Part shown: piece by piece, positions 17,381 to 27,742 of the stretch | Layout of the letters: every line of letters starts with the position of its first letter | Numbering within the stretch: the first letter of the stretch is position 1 | DNA from: an uncultured delta proteobacterium | GTDB taxonomy: Bacteria; Myxococcota; Myxococcia; Myxococcales; Myxococcaceae | DNA: 64,000 nt | Assembly (NCBI GenBank): GCA_963713045.1 | Contig: CAVQKE010000003.1 | Location: forward strand, 1,366,412-1,430,411 | Direction of reading: 5' to 3' | The notes under the pieces: model-generated | What the model was told of the DNA's origin: nothing | Database searches by the model: none | What the model saw: the letters and a program-made list of their open reading frames with translations, nothing else | Program-made: the position numbers and the translations under genes

Positions 17381-19194
17381 TCACGGCGCCGGCGGTTGGA
17401 GAGCATCGAAACGAGCCTTGGCGGGCAGAACGCGCAGGCGCTCGGCGTCGGTGGTCGCAGTGGGCTCCACCCACGGCCAAGCATTGGAGCCAAAGAAGGC
17501 CGGCTTTTGCGCGAGGTAGAGTGACGGCGGCAGGGTGTGGTTGGCGTTGCCAGCTGCCCAGACCACACTGTTCGTGACGTAGTCGAAGTTTCCGTCTCGG
17601 TAGGTCCGCGCAACAACCAGCCCGTCCGCCTGGTTGGACCCAGTACCCTCGGAATAGCCGAGCATCCACATCGGGACCACCGAGGGGTCCTGCATATTCT
17701 CGGGGTCCGCTTCGTAGACGAAGCGTCGCTGGGCGAACTTGTTGTTGTGAAAGTCCCTTCCGGAGAGGAGCTCCATCCCGGGGAATCCGAGGACGTTGCC
17801 CACGAAGCTCAACCACCAGCCGCCAACCTGGACGCCGACTGCGTGACGGTTATGCGCGTCGAGCAGCTGCAGCGGAGGGGCGGACCGCCGCTGCCCCGTC
17901 CAGTGGTTTCGAAACACCGTGGTGTAAATGGAGTTCCCCCAATACGACTCGGCGTCGAAGGCAAAGCCCTCGTTTCCTTCGAAGAGCTCCATGTGGGCGC
18001 CAGCAAAATGGTTTGGGCCGACGCCGGTCTCCACGATGTCCCGGTAGCTCTCCCCGTAGCCGTCCTGGAAGTAGTTGTACCCAAAGACGTTGCCACCGCC
18101 CGAGGCACGGGCAAGGGTCATCTTGTTGAAGTTCCAGACGATGTTGTTTTCGAAAAGGTTGTCCGACGCATACGTGTTGAGGCCAATGCCATATCCACCG
18201 CCCCCGGGGTTCGGGTCCCGGGTGCTGTGGAAGTAGGAATCGCGCACTTCGGAGCGGAAGGCACCGTCCAGATTGCAGCTGTGTCCGATGCTTCCTGAAC
18301 TCTCGACGTTCCTCACCCAGCAGTAAGCGACCCCGAAGAGGTGGATGTTTCCGCCCCCGTCGCCCCCCTCGCCGTTCACCACCGCCAAGTCCTCGATGCC
18401 GGAGAATTTCACAGTGTCCACCTGCGCCCCCTGCGGAGCGTTGGAAAGCCGGACGAGGTGGGCCCCAAGCGCAGTCTCGAAGTCGATGTGAAGCGGCGTG
18501 GTGAAGGTGAGGTGGTTACCGCGAACCGTGGCGATTTCGAGGGTCTGCCCGATGGGCCGTCCTGACTCGCCAAACCAGCCACGCTCTAGGCCCCCGGGCC
18601 TGGCATGAATTCCCCAATACACCTTCCGCACCGGGGGCACGGTGTCCGACCGCTGGTCGTCGGCGAGCTGATTCAGGTAGACAATCTCCCCGTCTTTGAA
18701 TCCGGGATTTCTCGACACGGTGGCTGCCTTCGACCCCTTCGGTGCGTCGGCGGTGAGGGGGACTGGCGCCGAGAACTTGAACCACCGCAGGCCGATGATG
18801 ATGACCGGCATGTCTTTCCCGCTCTTCACCAGCTTCGTCTGGGAGGGACCGCTCCCGCGCAGCACGACGTTGGAACGCGTGATGGACAGCCCGTCCCCAA
18901 AAATGTGGAAGGTGCCTGGGCGAAGGAAGACCACCTGTCCGGCCGGACAGGAGGCCAGGGCGGCCTGGATCGCCTCGGTGTCATCCCCCCCCACTGGGCG
19001 AAAGTGTCCTGAAAATGGTGGCGCGCTTGGGAATGCCTCCCACCGCGTTCAGCCCGGGGTTCCAAGTGGTCGAGTCGCTCTTCGGGAATCACCCCCCGAG
19101 CGACCTCGCTGACGCTGCTGGCACCAGGTGCGCTTTGCGCAACAAGCCCTGGAAGCAAGAAGACAAAGGCCACGCGCCACACTGCAAGTCTCAT
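17381..19194 (-). CDS. Secreted beta-helix protein, paralog B (two +1 frameshifts near the 5' end)
   Basis: Signal MRLAVWRVAFVFLLPGLVAQSA, then WNPGLNAVGGIP and GGDDTEAIQAALASC. Shares long blocks with paralog A, e.g. EVRDSYFHSTRDPNPGGGGYGIG. Extra bases near 19072 and in the C-run at 18985-18992. Confidence 0.75.
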
Positions 19195-19298
19195 CGGAGG
19201 GCCTTGGGCCAAGACGGTGCCTTCTCAGAAGGCAGGCGACATCGCAACACCTTGCACCGGACGCCGAAGCGGCGGCGGCAGTCCTCTCCTACCCCGAC

Positions 19299-20069
19299 TC
19301 ATGACTGTGCCGCGAATGGATTCTGGTACAGCCCGAGCCGCTGCAGAAGCAGGTAGTACAGCACCGGCGGCTGATGCACGAGGTAGCGGCGCCAGCGTTG
19401 CCGGGGCTCGCTCACCAGGCGGTAGAGCCACTCCAGGCCAGCATCGGTGACCCACTTCGCTGGCCGCTGCAGGGTACGCGCCTCGTAGTCGATGGTCCCA
19501 CCCAGCGGGAGGAAGGCCTTCACCAGCGGCAGCCGCTCGCGCTGCTGGACGATGAACCGCTCCTGTCGCCCCGCGCCTAACCCCACCACTAGGACACTTG
19601 CCTTGGACTGGTTGATGCGATGGACCATCCGTTCGATTTCGTCCGGTCTCTGGTCGTAGTCGAAAGGTGGCGAGTCCGTACCGACCACCATCCTCCGCCC
19701 GACTTTCTGGTTGATGTTTTCAGCGGCGATTTCGGCGACTCCAGGTCCGCCGCCGCAGAGAAAAATGGTCACGCCCGGATTGTCTTGATGCTTCAAGTAG
19801 TAGCGCGGGAAAAAATCCGAGCCCGACACCCGTCCCCGCAGGGGCGTCCCCAGAAATTTGGCTGCGGCGAAGAGAATTTGGCTATCGCAGGTGACGGGAC
19901 TGAAGCTGGGCAGGACCTCATAGAAAGCGCGGTCCTGCTGCAGCTTCATAATCATGTCGACGTGGAGGGTGAGGAGCATTCCGCCCTCGAAGGAGTCCAC
20001 CAACTCGTCCAGAGTGATGTCGTCGACGTCGACATTCAGTAAGCGCACCTTCCTGACGATGGACGGCAT
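19299..20069 (-). CDS. WecB/TagA/CpsF family glycosyltransferase (GT26)
   Basis: RVSGSDFF, LVVGLGAGRQERFI, GGTIDYEA, GLEWLYRLVSEPRQRWRRY. Confidence 0.92.
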   Translation of the reverse strand: MPSIVRKVRLLNVDVDDITLDELVDSFEGGMLLTLHVDMIMKLQQDRAFYEVLPSFSPVTCDSQILFAAAKFLGTPLRGRVSGSDFFPRYYLKHQDNPGVTIFLCGGGPGVAEIAAENINQKVGRRMVVGTDSPPFDYDQRPDEIERMVHRINQSKASVLVVGLGAGRQERFIVQQRERLPLVKAFLPLGGTIDYEARTLQRPAKWVTDAGLEWLYRLVSEPRQRWRRYLVHQPPVLYYLLLQRLGLYQNPFAAQS

Positions 20070-20074
20070 GCGGT

Positions 20075-20946
20075 TCAGGTCGGCCAGAAACGCTGGATGA
20101 GGGCCTGGGTCTGGCCGATGTTGCCGCGCGAGGAGGCGCCGAAGACGATGGACTGGAGCCCCTCGAGGCCACAGGCCCACTCGATGGCCTCCTGCGGCGG
20201 GATGGCTCCGGAGGCAAGCACCGACATGGCGATGGCCCTGCATTTCCGCGTGCGGAGCACGCTGCGGTAGGCGTCGACGCCGCCGCTCATCCGGAATCCG
20301 ATTTTGTTGATGTTGGCGCAGACGATTGGGTTTTCCACACCGGCCTGCTCCAATGCGTCGAGGAGCAGCGGCAGATTCATGGTGATGAAGCCGGCTTCGG
20401 CGCCGTACCGCTGGCGGACGTAGCGGTCGAACTCTGCGAAGACGGGATAGAGTTTGAGCCCGAGGAGCAAATCGGTCACTACGTTTTGGATGAAGATGAC
20501 CGGAGTATTCAAACCCTCGAAGCGCTTCATCTCCGCGTCGACCAGGAGTCTCATCAAGGCATGGATGTCGCGGGTCAGCGTGCCCACGGCTCCCCGGATG
20601 AGGGTGCTCATCACTCCGCCGGTGGCGAAACGCTGGATGGTCTCGATGACGCCCACCTGACTCACCGAGTTGGCGTACTTATGTGCGTAGGGCATGCACG
20701 GGAAATAGATGAAGTCGCGGTACCGCTAGCAGGGTCCGCGCGCATGTGGTCGCAAATCTCGCCCACTCGGTCATAGGTGGTGCACATGAAGGTGCGGATG
20801 CCCATCTGGTAGGCATCGTCCAGCACCGCGATGATTGCCGAGGTGTCCTTGAACCGCACCAGTTGCTGTCGGGCCTTCTCCTCCGACATGTGATTCACGC
20901 CGAAGAACTGGTTGTCGCCGAAGAGAATGCGGTCGATGGCTGCCAT
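20075..20946 (-). CDS. Uncharacterised protein, possibly aldo/keto-reductase-like TIM barrel (one frameshift ~20730)
   Basis: ORFs 20662-20946 (DRILFGDNQFFGVNHMSEEKA) and 20075-20695 (PYAHKYAN...NINKIGFRMSGG...AMSVLASGAIPP..SIVFGASS) join into one ~290-aa protein. Confidence 0.65.
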
Positions 20947-20954
20947 GGGGGAGC

Positions 20955-21978
20955 TCAGCCGTTGGCCTGGTGAGCCTGAAGAATGAGGTCGACCAAGCGG
21001 TCAGTTTCGTAGGCGCTGGCGAAGGAATTTTCGTGGTCCATATTTCCGGTGCGTACCGCGTCGGTAAAGGATTCGAGCTGGGCCGAGTACTCTTCGCCGC
21101 GAAGGTAGAAGCTGACTGGCTTCTGCAGGCTGGTGATGTAGCGCGTGTTCCAGCCCGGGAAGTAATCCTCGAATCCGCTCTCAGCCCGCAGGTAGAGTTT
21201 GAGTTCTTGCCTATCAGCCACCAGTTTCCCACCGGTGCCATGGACGGGTGAGGGTGGTCGTCATCTTTCGGTAAGTCTCGTCGCTCCAGTTGGTCTCCAG
21301 GATGCCGCTCGCTTGGTTCCCGTAGGCGAAAACGGCGGACACGGCATCCTCCACATCCTGAGAGAAAATGGTCTGCAACCTTGCGCCCTGGACGCGGGTA
21401 GGTGGCCCGACGACGAAATTCATCAAGTCGATGACGTGACTTGCGTAGTCGTGCAAGCAGCCGCCGCCTTCTGACTTGCTCGCGCGCCAGGTCCGATTCT
21501 GCTCCTTGACCACCACCTGCCCGAAGGCGCTGCCGTGGATGTTGGACACTTTGCCCAGGGCACCGGCGCGCACCAGCCGACGCGCTTCCTGGAAGGTTCC
21601 GATGAAACGGTTGTGGTAGCCGACTTGGTTGACGCGTCGGCGCTGGACGGCAAGCTCGGACAGGGCGCGGCTCTGCTCTGCAGAAAGTGTGAGCGGCTTT
21701 TCGACGAAGAGGTGGGCGTCGCGCTCGAGGGCGTACCGGGCGCAAGCAAAATGGGTGGAAGTGGGGGTGGCGACAATCACCGCATCCGGACGCGCTTCGT
21801 CCACCATCTCCTGGTAATGGGTAAAGGTCCGAACCCCGACGTATTTCTTCAGGACCGAGAGGACGTAGCGCGAGGTGTCGCAGACCGCGACCACCGCTGC
21901 GTCCGGCAAGGCGTTGGCGATGGAGAAGTGCGACAGACCCATCTTTCCGGCACCAACGATGCCGATTCGGATTGCCAT
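20955..21978 (-). CDS. Gfo/Idh/MocA family oxidoreductase (frameshift ~21245)
   Basis: IGIVGAGKMG, VATPTSTH, FVEKPL, VGYHNRF, GGGCLHDYASHVID. C-terminus in ORF 20955-21221. Confidence 0.88.
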
Positions 21979-22059
21979 GCGTTGCTAGGCTCCGTGGAAG
22001 ACGCTCGCGACAGGGCGCGCAAGATCGCCGAAGTCGCCTGCCGCCTCAATCCCCCCGGG

Positions 22060-23037
22060 TCAGTTTGCACTCGGGGAGTGAGATGGATTCCATCGCGCTT
22101 TCTGACGCTCATTGAGGTCGGCGGTGGCACTGGCTTTTCCCCGCAGTAGGCATGCCCACTGATAGCGGCGGAGGAAGCGCCGAAATTCGGCGTCGCCATA
22201 GCGGGGACTCCGCTTCACCATGCTCTTCAAGTAGCCGTAGAGCATCGCCACCCCGCCGACGATGCGCGGCGGCCGCGTCGCCCGGTAAACGGCGCTGGCG
22301 AACATGTAGACCAATGAGGTCCCCATGAAGTACTGCCCGAAACCATGGCGCTGGCGGCCAGTCCACCAACTCTTGTGACTGGTCCCCATCGGGCGAAGGT
22401 GGATGAAGCGCAGCTCCGCTTCGTCCCACGAGAGGGCAATCCACCCCAGCTGGCGGCAGCGATGGCCGTCGATGCCATCCCACATCAGCTCGCGGGTAAA
22501 CCCCCCCATCTGGCGGAAGCAGCTGGTGCGGTAGAACTTGGCCATCCCCACCGAGTTTTCGTCGCCCAGCATCTCGGAGACGAATCCGGCAGTGTTGACC
22601 AGCGGAAACTCCGCCGGCCGTTCCCTTTCCGAAACCGGGAAGTAAGGCTTGCCGGAGGCGGTTCCAATGCGCGGTTCGGCCTCCATCCGCTGCATCAGCG
22701 TCTCGAAGTAGCGGGGAGGAAGTTCCAGGTCCAAATCGAGTTTGCAGATGTAGTCGAACTGCTCGGGCTCGATGGAGCTGTACCCGCTGTAGAAGGCATC
22801 GATGACTCCCCCGCCGAGTTTGCGATCGCCTCGATTGGGCCGGGTGAGGACCCGGATGAAGGGAAAGCGCGACGCGTACTCCGCTAGAATCTGCGGCGTT
22901 CCATCGGTCGAGCCATCGTCGACGATGACCCACAACGTGGGAGGCACCGACTGCCGCACCACCGACTCCAGCGTACGGCGCGCGTAGCTGGCTTCGTCGC
23001 GGCACGGAGTGATGAGACAGTACCTGCGTTCGGCCAT
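22060..23037 (-). CDS. GT2 family glycosyltransferase
   Basis: LITPCRDE, VIVDDGSTDGT, KLDLDL, WDGID, HLRPMG. Confidence 0.9.
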   Translation of the reverse strand: MAERRYCLITPCRDEASYARRTLESVVRQSVPPTLWVIVDDGSTDGTPQILAEYASRFPFIRVLTRPNRGDRKLGGGVIDAFYSGYSSIEPEQFDYICKLDLDLELPPRYFETLMQRMEAEPRIGTASGKPYFPVSERERPAEFPLVNTAGFVSEMLGDENSVGMAKFYRTSCFRQMGGFTRELMWDGIDGHRCRQLGWIALSWDEAELRFIHLRPMGTSHKSWWTGRQRHGFGQYFMGTSLVYMFASAVYRATRPPRIVGGVAMLYGYLKSMVKRSPRYGDAEFRRFLRRYQWACLLRGKASATADLNERQKARWNPSHSPSAN

Positions 23038-23226
23038 CCGTGCGCTCCCCAACCATCCGACGGCCCTCCTCTACCACGAGAGTTGAACCGTCCGACCAAG
23101 ACCCGAAGGGTGGCCACTGACCCGTGGCGACTCGGCCCGAGCGAGAACTGGGATGAGACGCTATAACTCCAGCGCTTCGGGTAACTCCCGGCGCCGACCG
23201 TCAAGAACGAAACTTCAAGACAAGGA

Positions 23227-24174
23227 ATGATTTCGATGTCGGAGTCGGTGCCGTGCAACTTCTGTGGAATCGACGCCGCGACCGTCGTCTTTCGCGCTGG
23301 AGAAGCGCAGCTGAGCCAAATCGTCCGGTGCAACCGTTGCCGGCTGATGTATGCGAATCCCCGAGCCAGGGCCCCCGACTCCGTCGAGATGGTCAATTAT
23401 GATCCCGCGGTGAACCCCTTCCTCGAGGACGTACCGCGCTACGAGAAGGAACGGCTCCAGGTCCGGGACTACGGTTCGACGCGAGCACTCCTCAACAAGC
23501 TCTACCCGCAGCGCGGTCATCTGCTGGAGGTCGGGAGCAGCCTCGGCTTCCTGCTGCGCGAATTCAAAGACGATGGTTGGGACGTGCTCGGAGTCGAGCC
23601 AAACATCCACGCTTGCCAGATTGCCCGTGAGAAGCACGGGCTCACCGTGGTCAATGCCATCCTCGAGAACGCTGGGATTGCCGACCAGTCGTTCGACGTC
23701 GTCCTGCTCAACCACGTGATTGAACACGTCGACGACCCACTGGGGACCCTTGCGGAAATCAACCGGGTGCTCAAGCCCGAGGGTCATCTGGTCATCGAGA
23801 CCCCGCGCTACGACACTTTGATGTTTACGCTGTTGGGCCGCCGAGAGCGAAGCATCAGTTGTGATGGGCACATCTTCTTTTTCACCAACGAAAGCCTCCG
23901 GAACATCTACCAGGCTGCCGGCTTTCGACAGGTTCAACTCGAGTGTGTCGGCCGGTCGCTGACGATCGACCGCCTGTTATGGAACGTCGGCGTCGTCAGC
24001 AAGAGCGACGCGGTCAAGCGAGTGCTCGGGAAGGTTTCGAGGAAGCTCGGACTCCAACGCCGGCACCTCTACCTGAACCTCAGAGACATGCAGCGAGTCT
24101 GCGTACAAAAAATCGCTCCGGCCGCTCCCGCGCACCGCGGAATGCCGAAGACGGTCAAAGCGGACGTCAACTGA
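23227..24174 (+). CDS. Class I SAM-dependent methyltransferase with N-terminal Zn-ribbon
   Basis: CNFCG..CNRC, LLEVGSSLGF, FDVVLLNHVIEHVDDP, LKPEGHLVIETP. Confidence 0.9.
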   Translation: MISMSESVPCNFCGIDAATVVFRAGEAQLSQIVRCNRCRLMYANPRARAPDSVEMVNYDPAVNPFLEDVPRYEKERLQVRDYGSTRALLNKLYPQRGHLLEVGSSLGFLLREFKDDGWDVLGVEPNIHACQIAREKHGLTVVNAILENAGIADQSFDVVLLNHVIEHVDDPLGTLAEINRVLKPEGHLVIETPRYDTLMFTLLGRRERSISCDGHIFFFTNESLRNIYQAAGFRQVQLECVGRSLTIDRLLWNVGVVSKSDAVKRVLGKVSRKLGLQRRHLYLNLRDMQRVCVQKIAPAAPAHRGMPKTVKADVN

Positions 24175-24200
24175 GCTGTTACGGTTTCGCGCCGCCTCAA

Positions 24201-25718
24201 CTACACCGCAGTCGGCAACGACTCGATAGGCGGGGGACGCCGACTGAACAGCGCCCGCAAGACTGCCAGGTCGGCTCGCCGCACCAGGCCCAGCGCGACC
24301 GAGAACGCGGCGAATGCCAGAATACAGACTGGAATGCCTAGCCAGGGCGCGAGCGGCGGCAACCAGTGGAAGAGCAAAACGGTCAGCAGCACACAGGCCA
24401 GGGCTCGCCCCCCGTCGATGAAGACCGCGCCGGCCAGAGTTCCGCGCGGCATGAGCAGCAGTCCACCGACGAGCACCACCACCTCGCTGAGCGAAGCCGC
24501 CAAGGTCGCACCAATCCCTCCGTTTCCGACGCGGTGCTGGAAATAGGGGATGAAAAAGAGTTCCAACGCCACGCCCACCACCACCGACGCGGCCTTGGCC
24601 AATGCGAAACCGCGGGCACGTCCAGCGGCAGTCAGCGCCATGCCGATCAGGAGATCGACGAAAATTAGGCCCAGGCCGATGCCATAGACCTTTAAGACCA
24701 CCCCCGCCGGGCCAAATTGGCGATGTCCATAAACAATGGCGATCGCCACGTCAGCGAAAAGCCAGGTTCCGACTCCGGCCAGAGCGCCCAACCACAACAT
24801 GGGACGGAGCGCCGTGACGAGTTCCGCACGGAAGAGCGGCGGATTTCGGGCGGCGCGGGCCAGTCTGGGGAAGGAGGCCGACTGAAGGATGAGGGCGGGT
24901 GCGATGAGCGTCCCCATCATACTTTTGGCAGCGCCGTACCAACCCATCACCTCCGCGGGAACGAGCTTGGACAGCAGAACCGCATCGATGTAGGGCTGGA
25001 TGAAGGAGGCAATGGCGATGGCGGCCAGGGGAGTGCCGAAGTGAAGAAGCTCGCGCGCGGTGGCCTTCGAGAAGTGCAACGGGCCGCTCGCCACCAGGCG
25101 GTAGAGCCGGAAGGCCAAGGCCAGCGCCGCCACCCCAGCCAGGCCCTGCGTCACCACAACGCCGCCCAGTCCAAGTCCCAGCCCCAGGGCGACGATGGCC
25201 AGGACCAGGCCGACGGCCCGGTTGGCCACCAAAACGTACGCATCGAGACCCATTCGGTCACGACCGCGAAACACGACGGCGAAGTTTTGCGCGAGGAAAA
25301 TTGGAATGCTGATGAAGATGAAGCCCACTGCGAACCAGATGGTGCGCCGGTCGTAGCCCAGTGCCCAAGCGGCTAGGCCGACTGGCAGCGACACCAGCAG
25401 CGAGCCGACCAAGCGCAACACCAGGCCGGTGCCGAGCAGCTCCCCCCCGCGCTCGGGCGCCTTCGCCACTTCACGGAAACCCAAGACTTGCTGACCCCAG
25501 TCGACGACGACCAGGGCGAAGCTGGCAAAGGAGTTGATGAGAAAGTAGAGGCCGAAGTCGCCGGCCCCCAGCGTTCGGCCAAGAATGGCACTGAAGAGAA
25601 TGCCCAGAACCATGGTCGCGGCCTGACCCGCGACCAGCGCCAGCGCATTCCGCGCCATGGTGACGCTGGATGACGTTGCATCCACCGGAGCGGCGATGGT
25701 CGGCGTCCCCTGGCTCAT
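24201..25718 (-). CDS. wzx: Polysaccharide flippase
   Basis: ARNALAL, GRTLGAGDFGLY, DWG, IDAVLLSKL..MGWYGAA, many TM helices. Confidence 0.9.
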   Translation of the reverse strand: MSQGTPTIAAPVDATSSSVTMARNALALVAGQAATMVLGILFSAILGRTLGAGDFGLYFLINSFASFALVVVDWGQQVLGFREVAKAPERGGELLGTGLVLRLVGSLLVSLPVGLAAWALGYDRRTIWFAVGFIFISIPIFLAQNFAVVFRGRDRMGLDAYVLVANRAVGLVLAIVALGLGLGLGGVVVTQGLAGVAALALAFRLYRLVASGPLHFSKATARELLHFGTPLAAIAIASFIQPYIDAVLLSKLVPAEVMGWYGAAKSMMGTLIAPALILQSASFPRLARAARNPPLFRAELVTALRPMLWLGALAGVGTWLFADVAIAIVYGHRQFGPAGVVLKVYGIGLGLIFVDLLIGMALTAAGRARGFALAKAASVVVGVALELFFIPYFQHRVGNGGIGATLAASLSEVVVLVGGLLLMPRGTLAGAVFIDGGRALACVLLTVLLFHWLPPLAPWLGIPVCILAFAAFSVALGLVRRADLAVLRALFSRRPPPIESLPTAV

Positions 25719-25835
25719 CCGGTGCGCTAACTAGCACGAGATGATTGGTCTCGGTGCGCGCTGGGCTGATGAACACAGTGAGCTTGCCTTGCAGACGACA
25801 CGGAAGCGCTCTACTGGTTTTTTACAGGCTTCTGG

Positions 25836-27272
25836 TCAAGCTTTGGGGAGAGCTCCGAGAACGGGCAGACCGAGCTGACGCCCGATTTGCCACTGCTCGA
25901 CCAATTTTCTGGAGCGGACATCGACCAGCACCGACACCGCCGCCGCGGCGAGGAGTGCACCCAGTGCGCCGAGAGCGAGCACCAACGGAACCTTCGGCCT
26001 GACCGGGTGCTTCGGCAACTCAGCGGGGCGAATCGTGATGTAGCGGTACTTGAATGCGGCGCGCGCGGTGTCCAATTCGATGCGAGCTGCGTCGAGCCGT
26101 TCCATCAAGCTGTCATATTTGTTCATCGCAAAGCGCAGCCGGGCCTTGGCATACTCCTCGGCGGGCGCTTCGCTGCTCACGTCCAAGAAGCGTCGCGCTT
26201 CGGACAGCCGCTGGGGTGCGACGCGTGTCTCGCTCTCACGCTGGACGTCGTCGCCACCGAGCTGGTTGTATTCGGCGACCAGCTCGCGCTCCTCACTGCG
26301 CAATTGTGCAAGCTGGGGGGACTCCTCACTGACCGCGGCAACACTCTGTCGAAGTCGAATCATCGTCGGATGCGCGTCGGAGTAGACCTGCTTCTGTTGT
26401 CCGAGCTCTGCCTGCAGCTCCGCAATGCGACGGCTGCGGAACTCCTCCAGGTCGCGGATGGCACGCCGTTTCCCCTCAAGCATCGCCCGAAGCTCGGAAA
26501 TCTCGCCTGCCTTGGGGTCCTTTTTGGGGGCCCTCGGCAAGGAAGGAACGATGTCCGCCGCCCGCAACGGGTGTTGGAGATTGAGGCGCTTGATGTCGTC
26601 GAGGGCAGAGTCGACCGACTGCTGCTCTTCGGCTGCGTGTCGCTCCAGGATGGAGATGGCCTCGGCAATCGTCCCGACCTCCACCGCGTGCCGCGACTCG
26701 AGGAAGTTTTGCAGCGCCGTCTCCACCAGCTGGTGTGCGAGGTGCTTGTCGGGCCAATCGATGCTGATGGTAATTGTCCTCTCGTTGGCAGACACCAACA
26801 GCTGCTTTTCCAAGAGCTCGACCAGTGCATCCAGGCGGTCGTCCTCCGTGGGCGGCCCTTTCACGAGGCGGACCCCCCAATCCCAGGCACGTACCGCCGG
26901 GGCGCGCGTCATGTCCCAGCGGGCAAGTAGCCCAGTCTCCTTCACCAGAGAAATGAGGTTGTCATGCCGACGAACGGTCTCGGCTGCGGCCAGAGTCGGC
27001 GCGTCCGCTTCGTTGGGGACGGACCGGCTGGGGTTACCCAGGGCTGGCATCATGAGGTTGCGCTGCGCAAGAAGCTCTGTCTCCACGTGGTAGACGCGCG
27101 GAAAACTCAGCAACCCAAGGACGGTGAAGCCGAGGACGACCAGGGCAGTCCCGGTGGCTGCCCACGGATGCCGCCCCATAGCCCGGAGGACGAAGCCGCT
27201 ATAGTCGCGAAGCTTTTGATGGTCGATGAGCTGCAGCTCGCCGGGCTCCACCGGCCCGACCGGGGCATTCAC
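25836..27272 (-). CDS. Polysaccharide co-polymerase (EpsV-like, no kinase domain), paralog 2
   Basis: TM plus PRVYHVETELLAQRN, coiled-coil, AAFKYRYITIRPAELPKHPVRPK plus TM, RQLGLPVLG. Syntenic with epsW/X/Y-like genes. Confidence 0.85.
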   Translation of the reverse strand: MNAPVGPVEPGELQLIDHQKLRDYSGFVLRAMGRHPWAATGTALVVLGFTVLGLLSFPRVYHVETELLAQRNLMMPALGNPSRSVPNEADAPTLAAAETVRRHDNLISLVKETGLLARWDMTRAPAVRAWDWGVRLVKGPPTEDDRLDALVELLEKQLLVSANERTITISIDWPDKHLAHQLVETALQNFLESRHAVEVGTIAEAISILERHAAEEQQSVDSALDDIKRLNLQHPLRAADIVPSLPRAPKKDPKAGEISELRAMLEGKRRAIRDLEEFRSRRIAELQAELGQQKQVYSDAHPTMIRLRQSVAAVSEESPQLAQLRSEERELVAEYNQLGGDDVQRESETRVAPQRLSEARRFLDVSSEAPAEEYAKARLRFAMNKYDSLMERLDAARIELDTARAAFKYRYITIRPAELPKHPVRPKVPLVLALGALGALLAAAAVSVLVDVRSRKLVEQWQIGRQLGLPVLGALPKA

Positions 27273-27697
27273 GGGTGGCCCTCCTCGGCGGCTGAGCCAA
27301 CCAAAAGAGCGCCCACCGCGGCCTGGAACGCCTTCTGCTTGAAGGGCTTCACCAGGTAGCTGCTGGCGCCCACCTGCTCCGCATAAGCCCGGTCCTGCGG
27401 GAGAGCCCGAGCACTCATGATGAGGATGGGGACAGTCCGCAACTTAGCCTCGCCCCGCATGTATTCGCACACGTCATAACCCGACAGCTCGGGAAGCATC
27501 AGGTCCAAACACACCAAGTCTGGGCGCTGATGCACGGCGAGGTGGAGAATGGCCGAACGCCCCTCGCTGACCTCGGCAACTTCCAACCCGAGGGCCCGAA
27601 GCATGCTCGCCACCAGCCCGCGAACGTCGGGGTCATCCTCGACGACGAGTGCGCTGCGCTTGCGGCTGTGAGAGACGTCTTGAGGCTGAGCGGCCAC
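27269..27697 (-). CDS. Single-domain response regulator (EpsW-like)
   Basis: LVVEDD, PDLVCLDLMLPELSG, ILIMSA, YLVKPF. Confidence 0.9.
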   Translation of the reverse strand: MAAQPQDVSHSRKRSALVVEDDPDVRGLVASMLRALGLEVAEVSEGRSAILHLAVHQRPDLVCLDLMLPELSGYDVCEYMRGEAKLRTVPILIMSARALPQDRAYAEQVGASSYLVKPFKQKAFQAAVGALLVGSAAEEGHP

Positions 27698-27742
27698 GGT
27701 CCTGCCCCTTCTATATTGTCAGTCGAATACCATGCTTGCGAG

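Noticed and set aside
17230..17616. N-terminal extension of the 747-aa ORF
   Set aside because: It overlaps paralog B out of frame, and the lipoprotein signal begins at ATG 17229.
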